From positions 5,841 through 69,840 of the forward strand of contig JBEIHE010000001.1 of the NCBI GenBank assembly GCA_040381515.1: 64,000 nt of DNA. Reading direction: 5' to 3'. The notes beneath the pieces were generated by a model. It was not told the origin of the DNA. It made no database searches and saw nothing but the letters and a program-made list of their open reading frames with translations. The stretch's first letter is position 1; the number at the start of each line of letters is the position of its first letter. This document shows positions 29,581 to 38,532 of the stretch, piece after piece. Made by a program: the position numbers and the translations under genes. Source of the stretch: Polaromonas sp. (GTDB taxonomy: Bacteria > Pseudomonadota > Gammaproteobacteria > Burkholderiales > Burkholderiaceae_C).

Positions 29581-31959
29581 TCAGTCCTGCAAGAGCTGCC
29601 AGAGGCGCGCCGGTGTCAGTGGCATCTGAAGACGCGGACCGAGTTCGGCACGTCCAGCGCGCGCAAGCGCATCGGCCACCGCATTGACCACCGCGGGCGT
29701 GGCCCCTATGGTGCCGAGCTCCCCCACCCCTTTGACCCCCAGCGGATTGTTCTTGGACGGAATGCGCTGATCCATCTCGGTCTTGAAGTCAGGGCTGTCA
29801 TCGGCCCGCGGCGCGGCATAGTCCATCAAACTGCCGGTAAGCAGCTGACCGGTCTGCGCGTCATAGACCACCGCCTCGAGCAAGGCCTGCCCAATACCCT
29901 GCACCGCCCCTCCGTCGAGCTGGCCTCGGACGATCGTGGGGTTGACCACCCGGCCGACGTCGTTGACCGAGGCATAGGCCACCACCTGTACTCTGCCGCT
30001 GGCGGGATCGACCTCGACCTCGGCCACATGGCACGCGTTAGGCCAGCTCGGCCCGGCCGCTGCACTGGTTGAATCCATGTCGATCCGCTGTTCCTGCTGT
30101 CGGGCAGCGAGTTCAAACAAGCCAATTGACAGGTCAGTTCCGGCCACGCTGAATCGACCGGCCTCGTAAATCAGATCCGCCTCAGCCGCCTCTAGCTCTT
30201 TGGCAGCCAAGGCACGGCCCTTGGCGATCGTGCGCTCGGCCCCTATGCGCATGGCCGACCCCCCTGTAAAGAGCGACCGGGACCCCGCGCTACCAAACCC
30301 ATCGCCCCGGTCGGTATCGCCCAATACCACCCGGACCTTTTCAATCGGCACACCAAACGCATCGACGACCAGTTGAGCCAGTGTGGTGGCAATGCCCTGC
30401 CCCATGGGCATGACGGCAGAAAAAACCTCGATCACGCCATCGGCCCTGACCGAAAGAGTGACCCTCTCCTCCATTTGGTTGCCGCCTGTCCATTCGAGGA
30501 AGGTGGCAATTCCGAGCCCTCTCCACTTGCCCTGCCGAGCCGAATGCGCAGCCCGCGCCTCAAACCCGTCCCAGTCGGCCAAGGCCAAGCCCTGGTCCAA
30601 AATAGATTCAAAAGCCCCCACGTCGTAGATCTGGCCCATCGCGTTGCGATAAGGAAACTGCGCTGGCGCAATGAAATTGCGACGACGCAAGGTGATGCGA
30701 TCGATGCCGGTCTGCCTTGCCGCCTCATCCATCAGACGCTCAATGATGTAGATGGATTCCGGACGCCCCGCCCCCCGGTAGGCGGCCGTGGACATGGTGT
30801 GGGTCATGACCGCACGGAAGTGGTAGTCGATTCGCTGGATGTCGTAAACGCCCGTCAGAACCCAAGGACCAATGAGCAAAGCGATGGCGACTCCTGTGCC
30901 GGTGGGATAGGCGCCCACATTGGCATCGGAGCGCACCCGCAGGGCCAGAATCTTGCCATCGGCATCGAGCGCCAACTCCGCACGGGAATGAAGATCGCGG
31001 CCGTGCGTGGTGGCCAGAAATTCGTCGCTACGGTCTGCAATCCACTTGACCGAGCGCTGCAGTCGATGGGCGCAGTAAGCCGTGGCCACATCTTCCGGGT
31101 AAGCGCCCGTCTTCATGCCAAAACCACCACCCACATCGCCTACGACCACTCGCACCGCTTTGCGATCGAGCCCTAGACAGTCAGCCACGGTATTTCGAGC
31201 ACCGGAGGGCATCTGAGAGCTCATCCGAACGACCAGTCGACCACTCGCCGACTGCCAGGAGGCGAGCACCGAGCGTGGCTCCAGAGTGAGGGCAGCCAAA
31301 CGTTGGTTGTGCAACTCCAGTCTGACCACATGCGCGGCCTGATCGAAAGCCTGTTGAGCTTCCTCAGCCTTGCCATATCGTGCCTCGGCCACCACGTTGT
31401 CAGATGCCGCCTCACAGACTGCCACTGACCCTTCAAGCGCCTCCTCAATCGCCGTCACCGCCGGCAGTTCCTCATAGTCGACCACCACGGCCTCAGCGGC
31501 ATCGCGTGCCTGCTCACGGCTGGCCGCCACCACAGCGATCACCGGCTCTCCAACGAAGCGCACCCTCTCATGCGCCAAGGCGCGCCGCGGCGCAAACGCG
31601 GCCGGCGCTCCACCGGCGCGGGTAAAACCGGCCACGCCCGGCAGGGGCTTGCAACCGGCCTCCACCAGATCCTGCCCGCTGACGATCAGCAAGACCCCCG
31701 GCATGGACAGGGCTTGAGAGGTATCAACCGAGACGATGCGCGCGTGCGCGTAGGGCGATCGCACAAAAGACAAATGCGCCAGTTGCGAGTCGGGTACGTC
31801 ATCCACTGCGGCACGCAAGTCGTCCGTAAAACGACCTTGTCCGCGCAAAAGGGCGTCGTCCTCCATGCGGGCCACGCTCTGCCCGCTGCCAAATCGGGTG
31901 GGACCAAAAAAAGGGGGGGTGTCGGTACTCAAGCGAACTCCTGGCAGGCGGGCCATCAA
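29581..31959 (-). CDS. Xanthine dehydrogenase family molybdopterin-binding large subunit (form II CoxL-like)
   Basis: EDDALLRGQGRFTDD, VRSPYAHARI, VGGGFGMK, AYRGAGRPE (form II loop), GVKGVGE catalytic Glu. Confidence 0.9.
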   Translation of the reverse strand: MMARLPGVRLSTDTPPFFGPTRFGSGQSVARMEDDALLRGQGRFTDDLRAAVDDVPDSQLAHLSFVRSPYAHARIVSVDTSQALSMPGVLLIVSGQDLVEAGCKPLPGVAGFTRAGGAPAAFAPRRALAHERVRFVGEPVIAVVAASREQARDAAEAVVVDYEELPAVTAIEEALEGSVAVCEAASDNVVAEARYGKAEEAQQAFDQAAHVVRLELHNQRLAALTLEPRSVLASWQSASGRLVVRMSSQMPSGARNTVADCLGLDRKAVRVVVGDVGGGFGMKTGAYPEDVATAYCAHRLQRSVKWIADRSDEFLATTHGRDLHSRAELALDADGKILALRVRSDANVGAYPTGTGVAIALLIGPWVLTGVYDIQRIDYHFRAVMTHTMSTAAYRGAGRPESIYIIERLMDEAARQTGIDRITLRRRNFIAPAQFPYRNAMGQIYDVGAFESILDQGLALADWDGFEARAAHSARQGKWRGLGIATFLEWTGGNQMEERVTLSVRADGVIEVFSAVMPMGQGIATTLAQLVVDAFGVPIEKVRVVLGDTDRGDGFGSAGSRSLFTGGSAMRIGAERTIAKGRALAAKELEAAEADLIYEAGRFSVAGTDLSIGLFELAARQQEQRIDMDSTSAAAGPSWPNACHVAEVEVDPASGRVQVVAYASVNDVGRVVNPTIVRGQLDGGAVQGIGQALLEAVVYDAQTGQLLTGSLMDYAAPRADDSPDFKTEMDQRIPSKNNPLGVKGVGELGTIGATPAVVNAVADALARAGRAELGPRLQMPLTPARLWQLLQD

Positions 31960-32064
31960 CTCAGAACGCGCACCTGCTGAAAATGGGGTTGAAGTCTCTC
32001 CATCTTAGCGGGGCCCATCGATTCACAGCGGGGCCCGTCGCACATGTCCGAGCACGGCAAGGTT

Positions 32065-33039
32065 TCATGAGCGCCGTTTTTGGCCCAGGCCAGGCTTGCG
32101 GCTCGGCGGCCGACGCCCGCCACCGGAAGGCCCCGCCGCAGCTTGCTCGCGCTGGATCTCCCGTCGTCGCGCCTCGCGGGCCAGGGCCTGCGTGCGCCAG
32201 AGAGCGAACTCATCCGGGGTCTCAAGGCTGATGCGGCCGATGCTGCCGCTGCGAAATTCGTGAATCACGATCTCGGCAGCCTTCTGAAGATTCAGGCGTC
32301 CCGCTGTCCCTACCGCACCTCGCCGCCGAGCAATGGCCTCCAGCAACTGCAAGGGCTCCGAAGCCGACACAGCCTCGATTCGGTAGCGTTCGGCCAACAA
32401 AGCGGCGTAGTGGTGTTTCAAAGTGGCAAGCACTTCCAGTGCCACCTCCTGCTCGTCATAGGCGTTGCGTCCAACCGCGCCGCTGGCAGCCAAGCGGTAT
32501 CCGCTCTCCTCAATGAGGATGCGCGGCCACAGCACGCCCGGCGTGTCCCAAAGATAAAAATCATCCTCCAGAACGATGCGCTGTTCGGTTCGGGTGACTC
32601 CTGCTTCATCACCGGTCTGAGTGGCCCGCCGTCCGGTCATGGTGTTGATCAAGGTCGACTTGCCGACGTTGGGGATGCCACAAATGAGCACCCGCATGGG
32701 CCTGGAAAGACCACGGCGCGCTGGCGCAAGTTCACGGCACGCCGCAATGAGCCGACGCGCCGGCGCAGACTGACCGGCATCGAGTGCCAGGGCTCTCGTC
32801 TGGACCTGCGCCTGGTAGTGGTCGATCCACTCCTGGGTGCGCAAGGGGTCGGCCAAGTCCTGCTTGTTGAGAATCTTCAACGATGGCTTGCCACGAGTGA
32901 GTTCGGCCAGCAAAGGGTTGGCGCTAGAGCCGGGCAGCCGCGCGTCGAGCATTTCGATGACCACATCGATCAAGTCCATACGCTCGGCGATGGCCTGCCG
33001 AGTCAGGTGCATATGGCCTGGAAACCACTGAATCGCCAT
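32065..33039 (-). CDS. ylqF: Ribosome biogenesis GTPase YlqF/RbgA
   Basis: IQWFPGHM, LDARLP, LNKQDL, GIPNVGKSTLIN, DTPG. Confidence 0.95.
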   Translation of the reverse strand: MAIQWFPGHMHLTRQAIAERMDLIDVVIEMLDARLPGSSANPLLAELTRGKPSLKILNKQDLADPLRTQEWIDHYQAQVQTRALALDAGQSAPARRLIAACRELAPARRGLSRPMRVLICGIPNVGKSTLINTMTGRRATQTGDEAGVTRTEQRIVLEDDFYLWDTPGVLWPRILIEESGYRLAASGAVGRNAYDEQEVALEVLATLKHHYAALLAERYRIEAVSASEPLQLLEAIARRRGAVGTAGRLNLQKAAEIVIHEFRSGSIGRISLETPDEFALWRTQALAREARRREIQREQAAAGPSGGGRRPPSRKPGLGQKRRS

Positions 33040-33045
33040 GTCGAT

Positions 33046-34617
33046 TCAAACCGTGGCGGGGCCTGGCCGTCCCAGACGATCTGCGGACATGTACTGCTGC
33101 CGGTACAACTCAAAAGGCAGGCTGTCCATGGCCTCAATCCTCTCTTGCTCGCCGACGGACTCGAGACAGGCTTGCGCCAGCCGCTGCTCCTCCAAAGGGT
33201 CGAGGGGCTGCGTCAGAAGCAACTGCCGAGCCTGAGCCGACTGCGCGCGTGCAAAGGCCACAAAGGATCGGGCGTGGGACTCCACCACGGACTGCAGTAC
33301 CCGGGCAGAGGGCAGGAGTTGTGGCTGCTCCAGACGCTGCCGGGCCTCAAGAAGGGCCTGGGCATGGGCTCCCTCGAGCGCTGATCCACGCAAGGATTGG
33401 TCGAGTCGCTCGGCTATGGGCCCGAAGGCTCCAAGCAACTCATGACCCCACTGGCGCAATTCAATCTGCGAATCGCCCCGCTCAAGCATCAGGCCAGGCT
33501 CGCGCCCCCGGGCGGCCGTGCGATGCTGGTTGCGAGCCAGGGCCGCAATCTCGCCTGGCGTATCCGCAGGACTGGGACTGAACAGGCAGTGCAGCAAGAA
33601 GATGTCAAGAAAGCGCATCGTCGAGGCAGTGATGCCCAAGGGCTCGAAGGGGTCGAGATCCATCAATCGAACCTCGACGTACTCCACCCCGCGCTCGCGC
33701 AAAGCATGCAGCGGCCGTTCGCCCTGAAAGATGGTGCGCTTGGGACGAATGGTGCCGTAAAACTCGTTTTCGATCTGCAGCAAAGTGGTGGCCAACTGGT
33801 TGTAGTCACCCCCAGGATTGCGGATACCGACCGCTTCGTAAGCCGGATAGGGCTGCGTCAAGGCCTCATGAAGCGAGGCCGCATATCCCTCCAGGCTGTT
33901 GTAACTGACAGCCAGCAAGGACTGAGCATCACTCTGATAGCCCAGACGCCCCATGCGCAGACTGGTGCCGTAAGGCATGTGCAGCGTCGGGCCATCAAGG
34001 CTCTGCAATTCATGGGGCCGACCGGCCACAAAGCTCGAGCAAACAGCCGGCGAAGCGCCGAACAGATAGAGCAGCAAGAAGGCATGGCGTCTGAAGTTGC
34101 GAATCAACGCAAAGTACTGCTCGCTATTGACGCCCGGCAAGGACCAGTTGTAGTGAATGCCTGAGATCGTCTGCATGCGACGGCCATAACGGTGACTCAA
34201 GCCCATCCGGTAAACGCTCTTGGCGCGGCCTACATTGGAGGACCCATAGCGAGCAATCGGGATGGTCTCATCCGGTGGCAGTCCGCAAGGCATGCTCGAG
34301 ACCCAAAGCATTTCATCGCCCTGCTGGGCCAGCACCCGGTAGACAAATTGGTGCAGTACACGCAATTCCTGCAAGACCTCTTCGGGCGTGAGGTACGCAC
34401 CGGTGACCAACTCGATTTGCGACTCGCAGAAATCAGTGGTGATATGCGGGTGGGTCAGCGCTGATCCAAGAGCCGATGCGTGCGGCGTGAGCGCCAGCAT
34501 CCCATCGGGCCTGACCCGCAGACTCTCCTTCTCGAGCCCTCGTCGCATGCCGCGCAGCCGCTGCGGATCGATCTGAACGAATTCGGGCAGCAGGTTCATC
34601 GCACTGTTGTTATTCAT
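33046..34617 (-). CDS. gshA: Glutamate--cysteine ligase
   Basis: RGLEKESLR, ITTDFCESQIEL, SGIHYNWS, SLRMGRLGY, ENEFYGTIRPK, YVEVRLMDLDPF. Confidence 0.96.
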   Translation of the reverse strand: MNNNSAMNLLPEFVQIDPQRLRGMRRGLEKESLRVRPDGMLALTPHASALGSALTHPHITTDFCESQIELVTGAYLTPEEVLQELRVLHQFVYRVLAQQGDEMLWVSSMPCGLPPDETIPIARYGSSNVGRAKSVYRMGLSHRYGRRMQTISGIHYNWSLPGVNSEQYFALIRNFRRHAFLLLYLFGASPAVCSSFVAGRPHELQSLDGPTLHMPYGTSLRMGRLGYQSDAQSLLAVSYNSLEGYAASLHEALTQPYPAYEAVGIRNPGGDYNQLATTLLQIENEFYGTIRPKRTIFQGERPLHALRERGVEYVEVRLMDLDPFEPLGITASTMRFLDIFLLHCLFSPSPADTPGEIAALARNQHRTAARGREPGLMLERGDSQIELRQWGHELLGAFGPIAERLDQSLRGSALEGAHAQALLEARQRLEQPQLLPSARVLQSVVESHARSFVAFARAQSAQARQLLLTQPLDPLEEQRLAQACLESVGEQERIEAMDSLPFELYRQQYMSADRLGRPGPATV

Positions 34618-34859
34618 TGATTCTCGATTTTGAGCGGTGTCGAGCGTGGGTCAATTTTCAACCCAAGCCCTCCCCTTTTCTCCCGGACCGCATCTTGCCA
34701 CCGAAGAGACTTTCGCGCACCGGCAGGGCCATCGGTGCCCAACACGCCACTGGTTTAGGCGCCTCCGGGGCTCATCCTGTCCCACAAGCAAGAGGCATCC
34801 ATTCCGAGCCGGCCGCGCATCCCCACGAGGGACGATATGCCATCAGGAGGGTCAGAGCC

Positions 34860-35045
34860 ATGAAAGAACTGTACAGGTCGCCTGCGCACCAATTTCGACG
34901 CGAGGCAGATCGACGCACCCAGCGGGATCACGACAGGCCGCATGAGGAGAACAAACCCACCGAAGCACCCGATGTAGAGAACAGGCGCCCCGAAGATCGG
35001 TGGGGCGATCCGCTAAATGTTCACCACCCGACGGGGCGAGCCTGA
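34860..35045 (+). CDS. Small hypothetical protein (61 aa, highly charged)
   Basis: ATG at 34860 preceded by AGGAGG (34845-34850); MKELYRSPAHQFRREADRR...HHPTGRA fills the gshA-msrA gap. Confidence 0.5.
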   Translation: MKELYRSPAHQFRREADRRTQRDHDRPHEENKPTEAPDVENRRPEDRWGDPLNVHHPTGRA

Positions 35046-35087
35046 AACCTTGTAGACATCGGTTGCCCAGCGAGGGGGACAACCGGC

Positions 35088-35636
35088 TCAGCGCCGCACC
35101 CACTGAGCCAAGCGCTGCCGAAACTTTTCCACCTTCGGCCGAACCACATGCTGGCAGTAGCCTTGCCCGGGGTTGCGCGCAAAGTAGTTCTGGTGATAGG
35201 GCTCGGCCGGCCAGTAATGCTGGACTGGTAGTACCTCGGTGACGATAGGCTGCTCGTAGACCGATCGGGACACCAGCTCGGCAATGAACTGCCTGGCCTG
35301 GGCTTCCTGTTCCCCATCGTGGAAGTAGATTCCGCTTCGGTACTGGGTGCCGACGTCATGCCCTTGGCGGTTGGGCGTGGTGGGATCGTGAACAAGGAAA
35401 AAGATCTCCAACAGATCCCTCATGCCGATCTGATTCGGATCGAACTGCAAGCGCACCACCTCAACACAACCCGTCTGTCCACTGCAAACCGACTCGTAGC
35501 TCGGTTGCTCGGCCTGTCCATTGCAATATCCCGACTCCACCGTCAACACACCCCTGACCTGCAGAAAGACTGCCTCAAGACACCAGAAGCATCCGCCACC
35601 CAAAGTCACCGTTTGAATCTGAGAACTCTCACTCAT
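35088..35636 (-). CDS. msrA: Peptide methionine sulfoxide reductase MsrA
   Basis: GGGCFWCLEA, HDPTTPNRQGHDVGTQYRSGIY, AEPYHQNY. Confidence 0.97.
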   Translation of the reverse strand: MSESSQIQTVTLGGGCFWCLEAVFLQVRGVLTVESGYCNGQAEQPSYESVCSGQTGCVEVVRLQFDPNQIGMRDLLEIFFLVHDPTTPNRQGHDVGTQYRSGIYFHDGEQEAQARQFIAELVSRSVYEQPIVTEVLPVQHYWPAEPYHQNYFARNPGQGYCQHVVRPKVEKFRQRLAQWVRR

Positions 35637-35730
35637 GCCATGACACTCTCGTCAACTGAAACCAGACACTGTATCGCAGCGACGATTTCCTAGCGGTCTT
35701 TGTTGTCGCGCCCCCTTGCGCCGCGCGACA

Positions 35731-36528
35731 ATGAGTTCCATGGAACTCGGCGAACTCAAGCCCCTTCTAAGCACCTTGGCCTTGCCGCCAGCCGGCCCCC
35801 TGCTGCTCTTGGCGCTGAGCGCTTGGCTGGTCTGGCCCGACCAGGCACGAACAGTTCGCCGAAGGGTGGGTCTGACCCTGCTTTGCGTGTCGAGTCTGGC
35901 CCTGTGGCTGCTTAGCTGTCATGCGGTTGCAGTGTGGCTCTCGCAAACGCTGCTGCCACAGACGACGGCCTTGCCACCCGATCGCATCGCTCAGTTGCGA
36001 TTGCAAGGTGCTCAAGCCGTGGTGGTGCTCGGCGGTGGCGTCCTGCGCGAGGCCCCCGAATACTCGCAAGCCCAGCCCAACGCCACCACCGCCGAAAGAC
36101 TTCGCTACGGCCTGAAGATCTCACGCGAATCGGGGCTGCCACTGGGCTTTGCAGGCGGGATTGGTTGGGCCGCGGCCGGACAAAAAGATCAGCCAAGCGA
36201 AGCACAGGCCGCCCTGGCACTGGCGCAAGACTATCGGCAAAATATTCGCTGGATCGACGCCCAGTCCCGCGACACCGCGGAAAACGCGTATCAAATGCGA
36301 ACCCTGATGAGTCAGGATCAAATTCGGCGCATCGTGCTGGTCACCCATGCCTGGCACATGCCCAGGAGTCAGGCCCATTTCGAGAAAGCGGGCTTTGAAG
36401 TGATGGCGGCACCCATGGGTTTTGTACGACCGCGTACCCGCCCTGCCCTCGAATGGCTGCCCTCCGCCAGAGGGCTGATGGCCAGCCAGGAAGTCCTGCG
36501 CGAATGGCTGGCCCTGCGACTGATGTAG
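35731..36528 (+). CDS. YdcF/ElyC-like DUF218 membrane protein
   Basis: Two N-terminal TM segments, VVVLGGG, ERLRYG, SRDTAENA, LVTHAWHMPRS. Confidence 0.88.
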   Translation: MSSMELGELKPLLSTLALPPAGPLLLLALSAWLVWPDQARTVRRRVGLTLLCVSSLALWLLSCHAVAVWLSQTLLPQTTALPPDRIAQLRLQGAQAVVVLGGGVLREAPEYSQAQPNATTAERLRYGLKISRESGLPLGFAGGIGWAAAGQKDQPSEAQAALALAQDYRQNIRWIDAQSRDTAENAYQMRTLMSQDQIRRIVLVTHAWHMPRSQAHFEKAGFEVMAAPMGFVRPRTRPALEWLPSARGLMASQEVLREWLALRLM

Positions 36529-36582
36529 AGCCCGCCCTCGAGCCGGTGGGCACGTTCTGCAAGCCTGCCGCTCGGGGCACGC

Positions 36583-36636
36583 TTGACGCTGCCTGAGGGG
36601 CCGCCCACAATACGTTACTGACCGCCCGGTCATTAA
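36583..36636 (+). promoter_or_regulatory. sigma70 promoter with overlapping palindromic TetR-type operator
   Basis: TTGACG (36583-36588), 17 nt, CACAAT (36606-36611); inverted repeat TGACCG-cc-CGGTCA (36619-36632) near the inferred start site. Confidence 0.65.
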
Positions 36637-36656
36637 TCGAGTTCACCCTGCCCTTC

Positions 36657-37367
36657 ATGTCCTCATCCGTTCTCATCGAGCGCGCGAGCCGCCCACAGCG
36701 TCGCGAGCGCCGCAAGCACGAGCGCCCGGGCGAGATACTGGAGGCCGCTCTCGAACTTTTTGTCGACAAAGGCTATGCCGCCACCCGCATTGAAGAAGTG
36801 GCCTCGCGCGCCGGCGTCTCCAAAGGTACGGTTTTTTTGTACTTCCCGAGCAAGCTCGAATTGTTCAAGGAAGTGGTTCGATGCAATATCTCCAACCGGC
36901 TTGAAGAATGGGCGGGCCATTTCGCTCAGTTTGAAGGCAGCAGTGCCGACTTGCTGCGCCTGACCATGCTCCTGTGGTGGGAACGCATTGGGTCAACCAA
37001 GGCCTCCGGCATCAGCAAGCTGATGATGAGCGAGGGTCAGAACTTCCCGGAGATGGCCGCATTCTTCCACCAGGCGGTGATACGGCCCGGGCACCGGATT
37101 CTGCGCCGCGTGATCGAACACGGCATCGCGCGAGGCGAATTTCGAAAGCTGCCAGTCGATCATGCGGTTCAGGGCGTGATCTCGGTCATGGTTTTCCTGG
37201 CGCTGTCGCGTCACTGCATTGCCTGGAGCAACGACGAATTCATGAGTATCGAACCGATGCACTATCTTGATGAACAAGCGCGACTGATCGCGCGCGGTCT
37301 GGCCAGCGATCAGGACCCGCCCGCATCATTGGAGCGCCCCTGGCTTGCGACAGGGGGAGCCGCATGA
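36657..37367 (+). CDS. TetR/AcrR-family regulator
   Basis: EILEAALELFVDKGYAATRIEEVASRAGVSKGTVFLYF. Confidence 0.95.
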   Translation: MSSSVLIERASRPQRRERRKHERPGEILEAALELFVDKGYAATRIEEVASRAGVSKGTVFLYFPSKLELFKEVVRCNISNRLEEWAGHFAQFEGSSADLLRLTMLLWWERIGSTKASGISKLMMSEGQNFPEMAAFFHQAVIRPGHRILRRVIEHGIARGEFRKLPVDHAVQGVISVMVFLALSRHCIAWSNDEFMSIEPMHYLDEQARLIARGLASDQDPPASLERPWLATGGAA

Positions 37368-38506
37368 GGCGAGTCACTTTTCTGGCCGCGGGGATTGCCG
37401 CTGCAATCCTCTTGGCAGGCGCTGGCGGAACCTACCTTTTTTTAAAGAAACGCAGCAAGGCCCAGGCCCAGCCGGTGACGCCAGCCGTGACCCTGGTGGA
37501 GTTCGCCCCCTCGGATCTGCTGGAAGTCCGTCCAGTCGACCTTAAGACCGGTTTGCAGGTCTCGGGAAGCTTGCGGGCCACCCACAGTGCGGTCGTCAAA
37601 GCCCGGGTCGCCGGGGAGCTGCAAGGCCTGACGGTGCGCGAAGGCGATGCGGTCAGGGCCGGGCAGGCCCTTGCGCGCATCGATCCGACCGAATACCAGG
37701 CGCGCTTGAGGCAGGCTCAGCAGCAAGCCGACGCTGCCAAAGCACAGATCGATATCGCCCAGAGGCAATCGGACAACAACCGGGCTCTGGTTGCCCAGAA
37801 CTTCATCTCGCAGACAGCGCTGGAAGCGTCTCTGTCCAACCTGGCGGCGGCTCAGGCCAATCACAGTGCAGCGCTGGCTGCTGTCGAGGTGGCGCGCAAG
37901 AATCTGGACGATACACAACTGCTGGCCCCGCTGACGGGACGGGTGGCGCAGCGCCTGGCTCAGCCAGGCGAGCGGCTGGCCGTCGATGCGCGGGTGCTGG
38001 AAATTGTGGATCCCCAACGCCTGGAGCTCGAGGCCAGCGTGTCCACCGCCGAGTCCCTGCAGCTCAAGATCGGACAGATCGCTCAACTGCGCGTCGATGG
38101 AAGCGATCAGGTGCTGCGGGCCCGGCTGGTCCGCATCAACCCAAGCGCACAGACCGCCAGCCGCAGCGTGCTGGCCTACCTGAGCATTGACAACCGGTCG
38201 GGAGTGCTGCGCCAGGGTCTTTTCGTGCAAGGTCAGCTCGAAACCGGCAGCAAACGAGCACCCGCTGTGCCTCTGTCGGCCGTACTGACCGACCAGGCCC
38301 AACCCTATGTGCAGGTGCTGCGCGATGGCAAGGTCGGCCACCAGACGGTCCAACTCGGTGTACGCGGCACGATCGGCGACGAGATCATGGTGACGGTCGA
38401 TCTGCCCGAGGGCACCCAGGTCCTGCGTGCATCGGTCGGCCCGCTGCGCGAAGGCTTGTCAGCGCGCATCACTTCATTGCCGCAGCCAACCGGCAGCACG
38501 CCCTGA
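37364..38506 (+). CDS. RND efflux periplasmic adaptor (MFP)
   Basis: N-terminal TM anchor, lipoyl-like half motifs (VKARVAGELQGLTVREGD, APLTGRV), alpha-hairpin; overlaps the TetR stop (ATGA). Confidence 0.93.
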   Translation: MRRVTFLAAGIAAAILLAGAGGTYLFLKKRSKAQAQPVTPAVTLVEFAPSDLLEVRPVDLKTGLQVSGSLRATHSAVVKARVAGELQGLTVREGDAVRAGQALARIDPTEYQARLRQAQQQADAAKAQIDIAQRQSDNNRALVAQNFISQTALEASLSNLAAAQANHSAALAAVEVARKNLDDTQLLAPLTGRVAQRLAQPGERLAVDARVLEIVDPQRLELEASVSTAESLQLKIGQIAQLRVDGSDQVLRARLVRINPSAQTASRSVLAYLSIDNRSGVLRQGLFVQGQLETGSKRAPAVPLSAVLTDQAQPYVQVLRDGKVGHQTVQLGVRGTIGDEIMVTVDLPEGTQVLRASVGPLREGLSARITSLPQPTGSTP

Positions 38507-38532
38507 TTTGAGGCCACGCGCCCAGCCTTTGC

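Noticed and set aside
31906-31919. C7T7 homopolymer pair at the 5' end of the coxL-like gene (phase variation or frameshift site)
   Set aside because: The reading frame is intact, and runs of 7-8 nt occur in several housekeeping genes here (rluB, prpE, arfB, waaA), so it is not exceptional.
29581-31959. Calling the molybdoenzyme a true aerobic CO dehydrogenase
   Set aside because: It has the form II AYRGAGR loop rather than form I AYxCSFR, and no coxMS or accessory genes.
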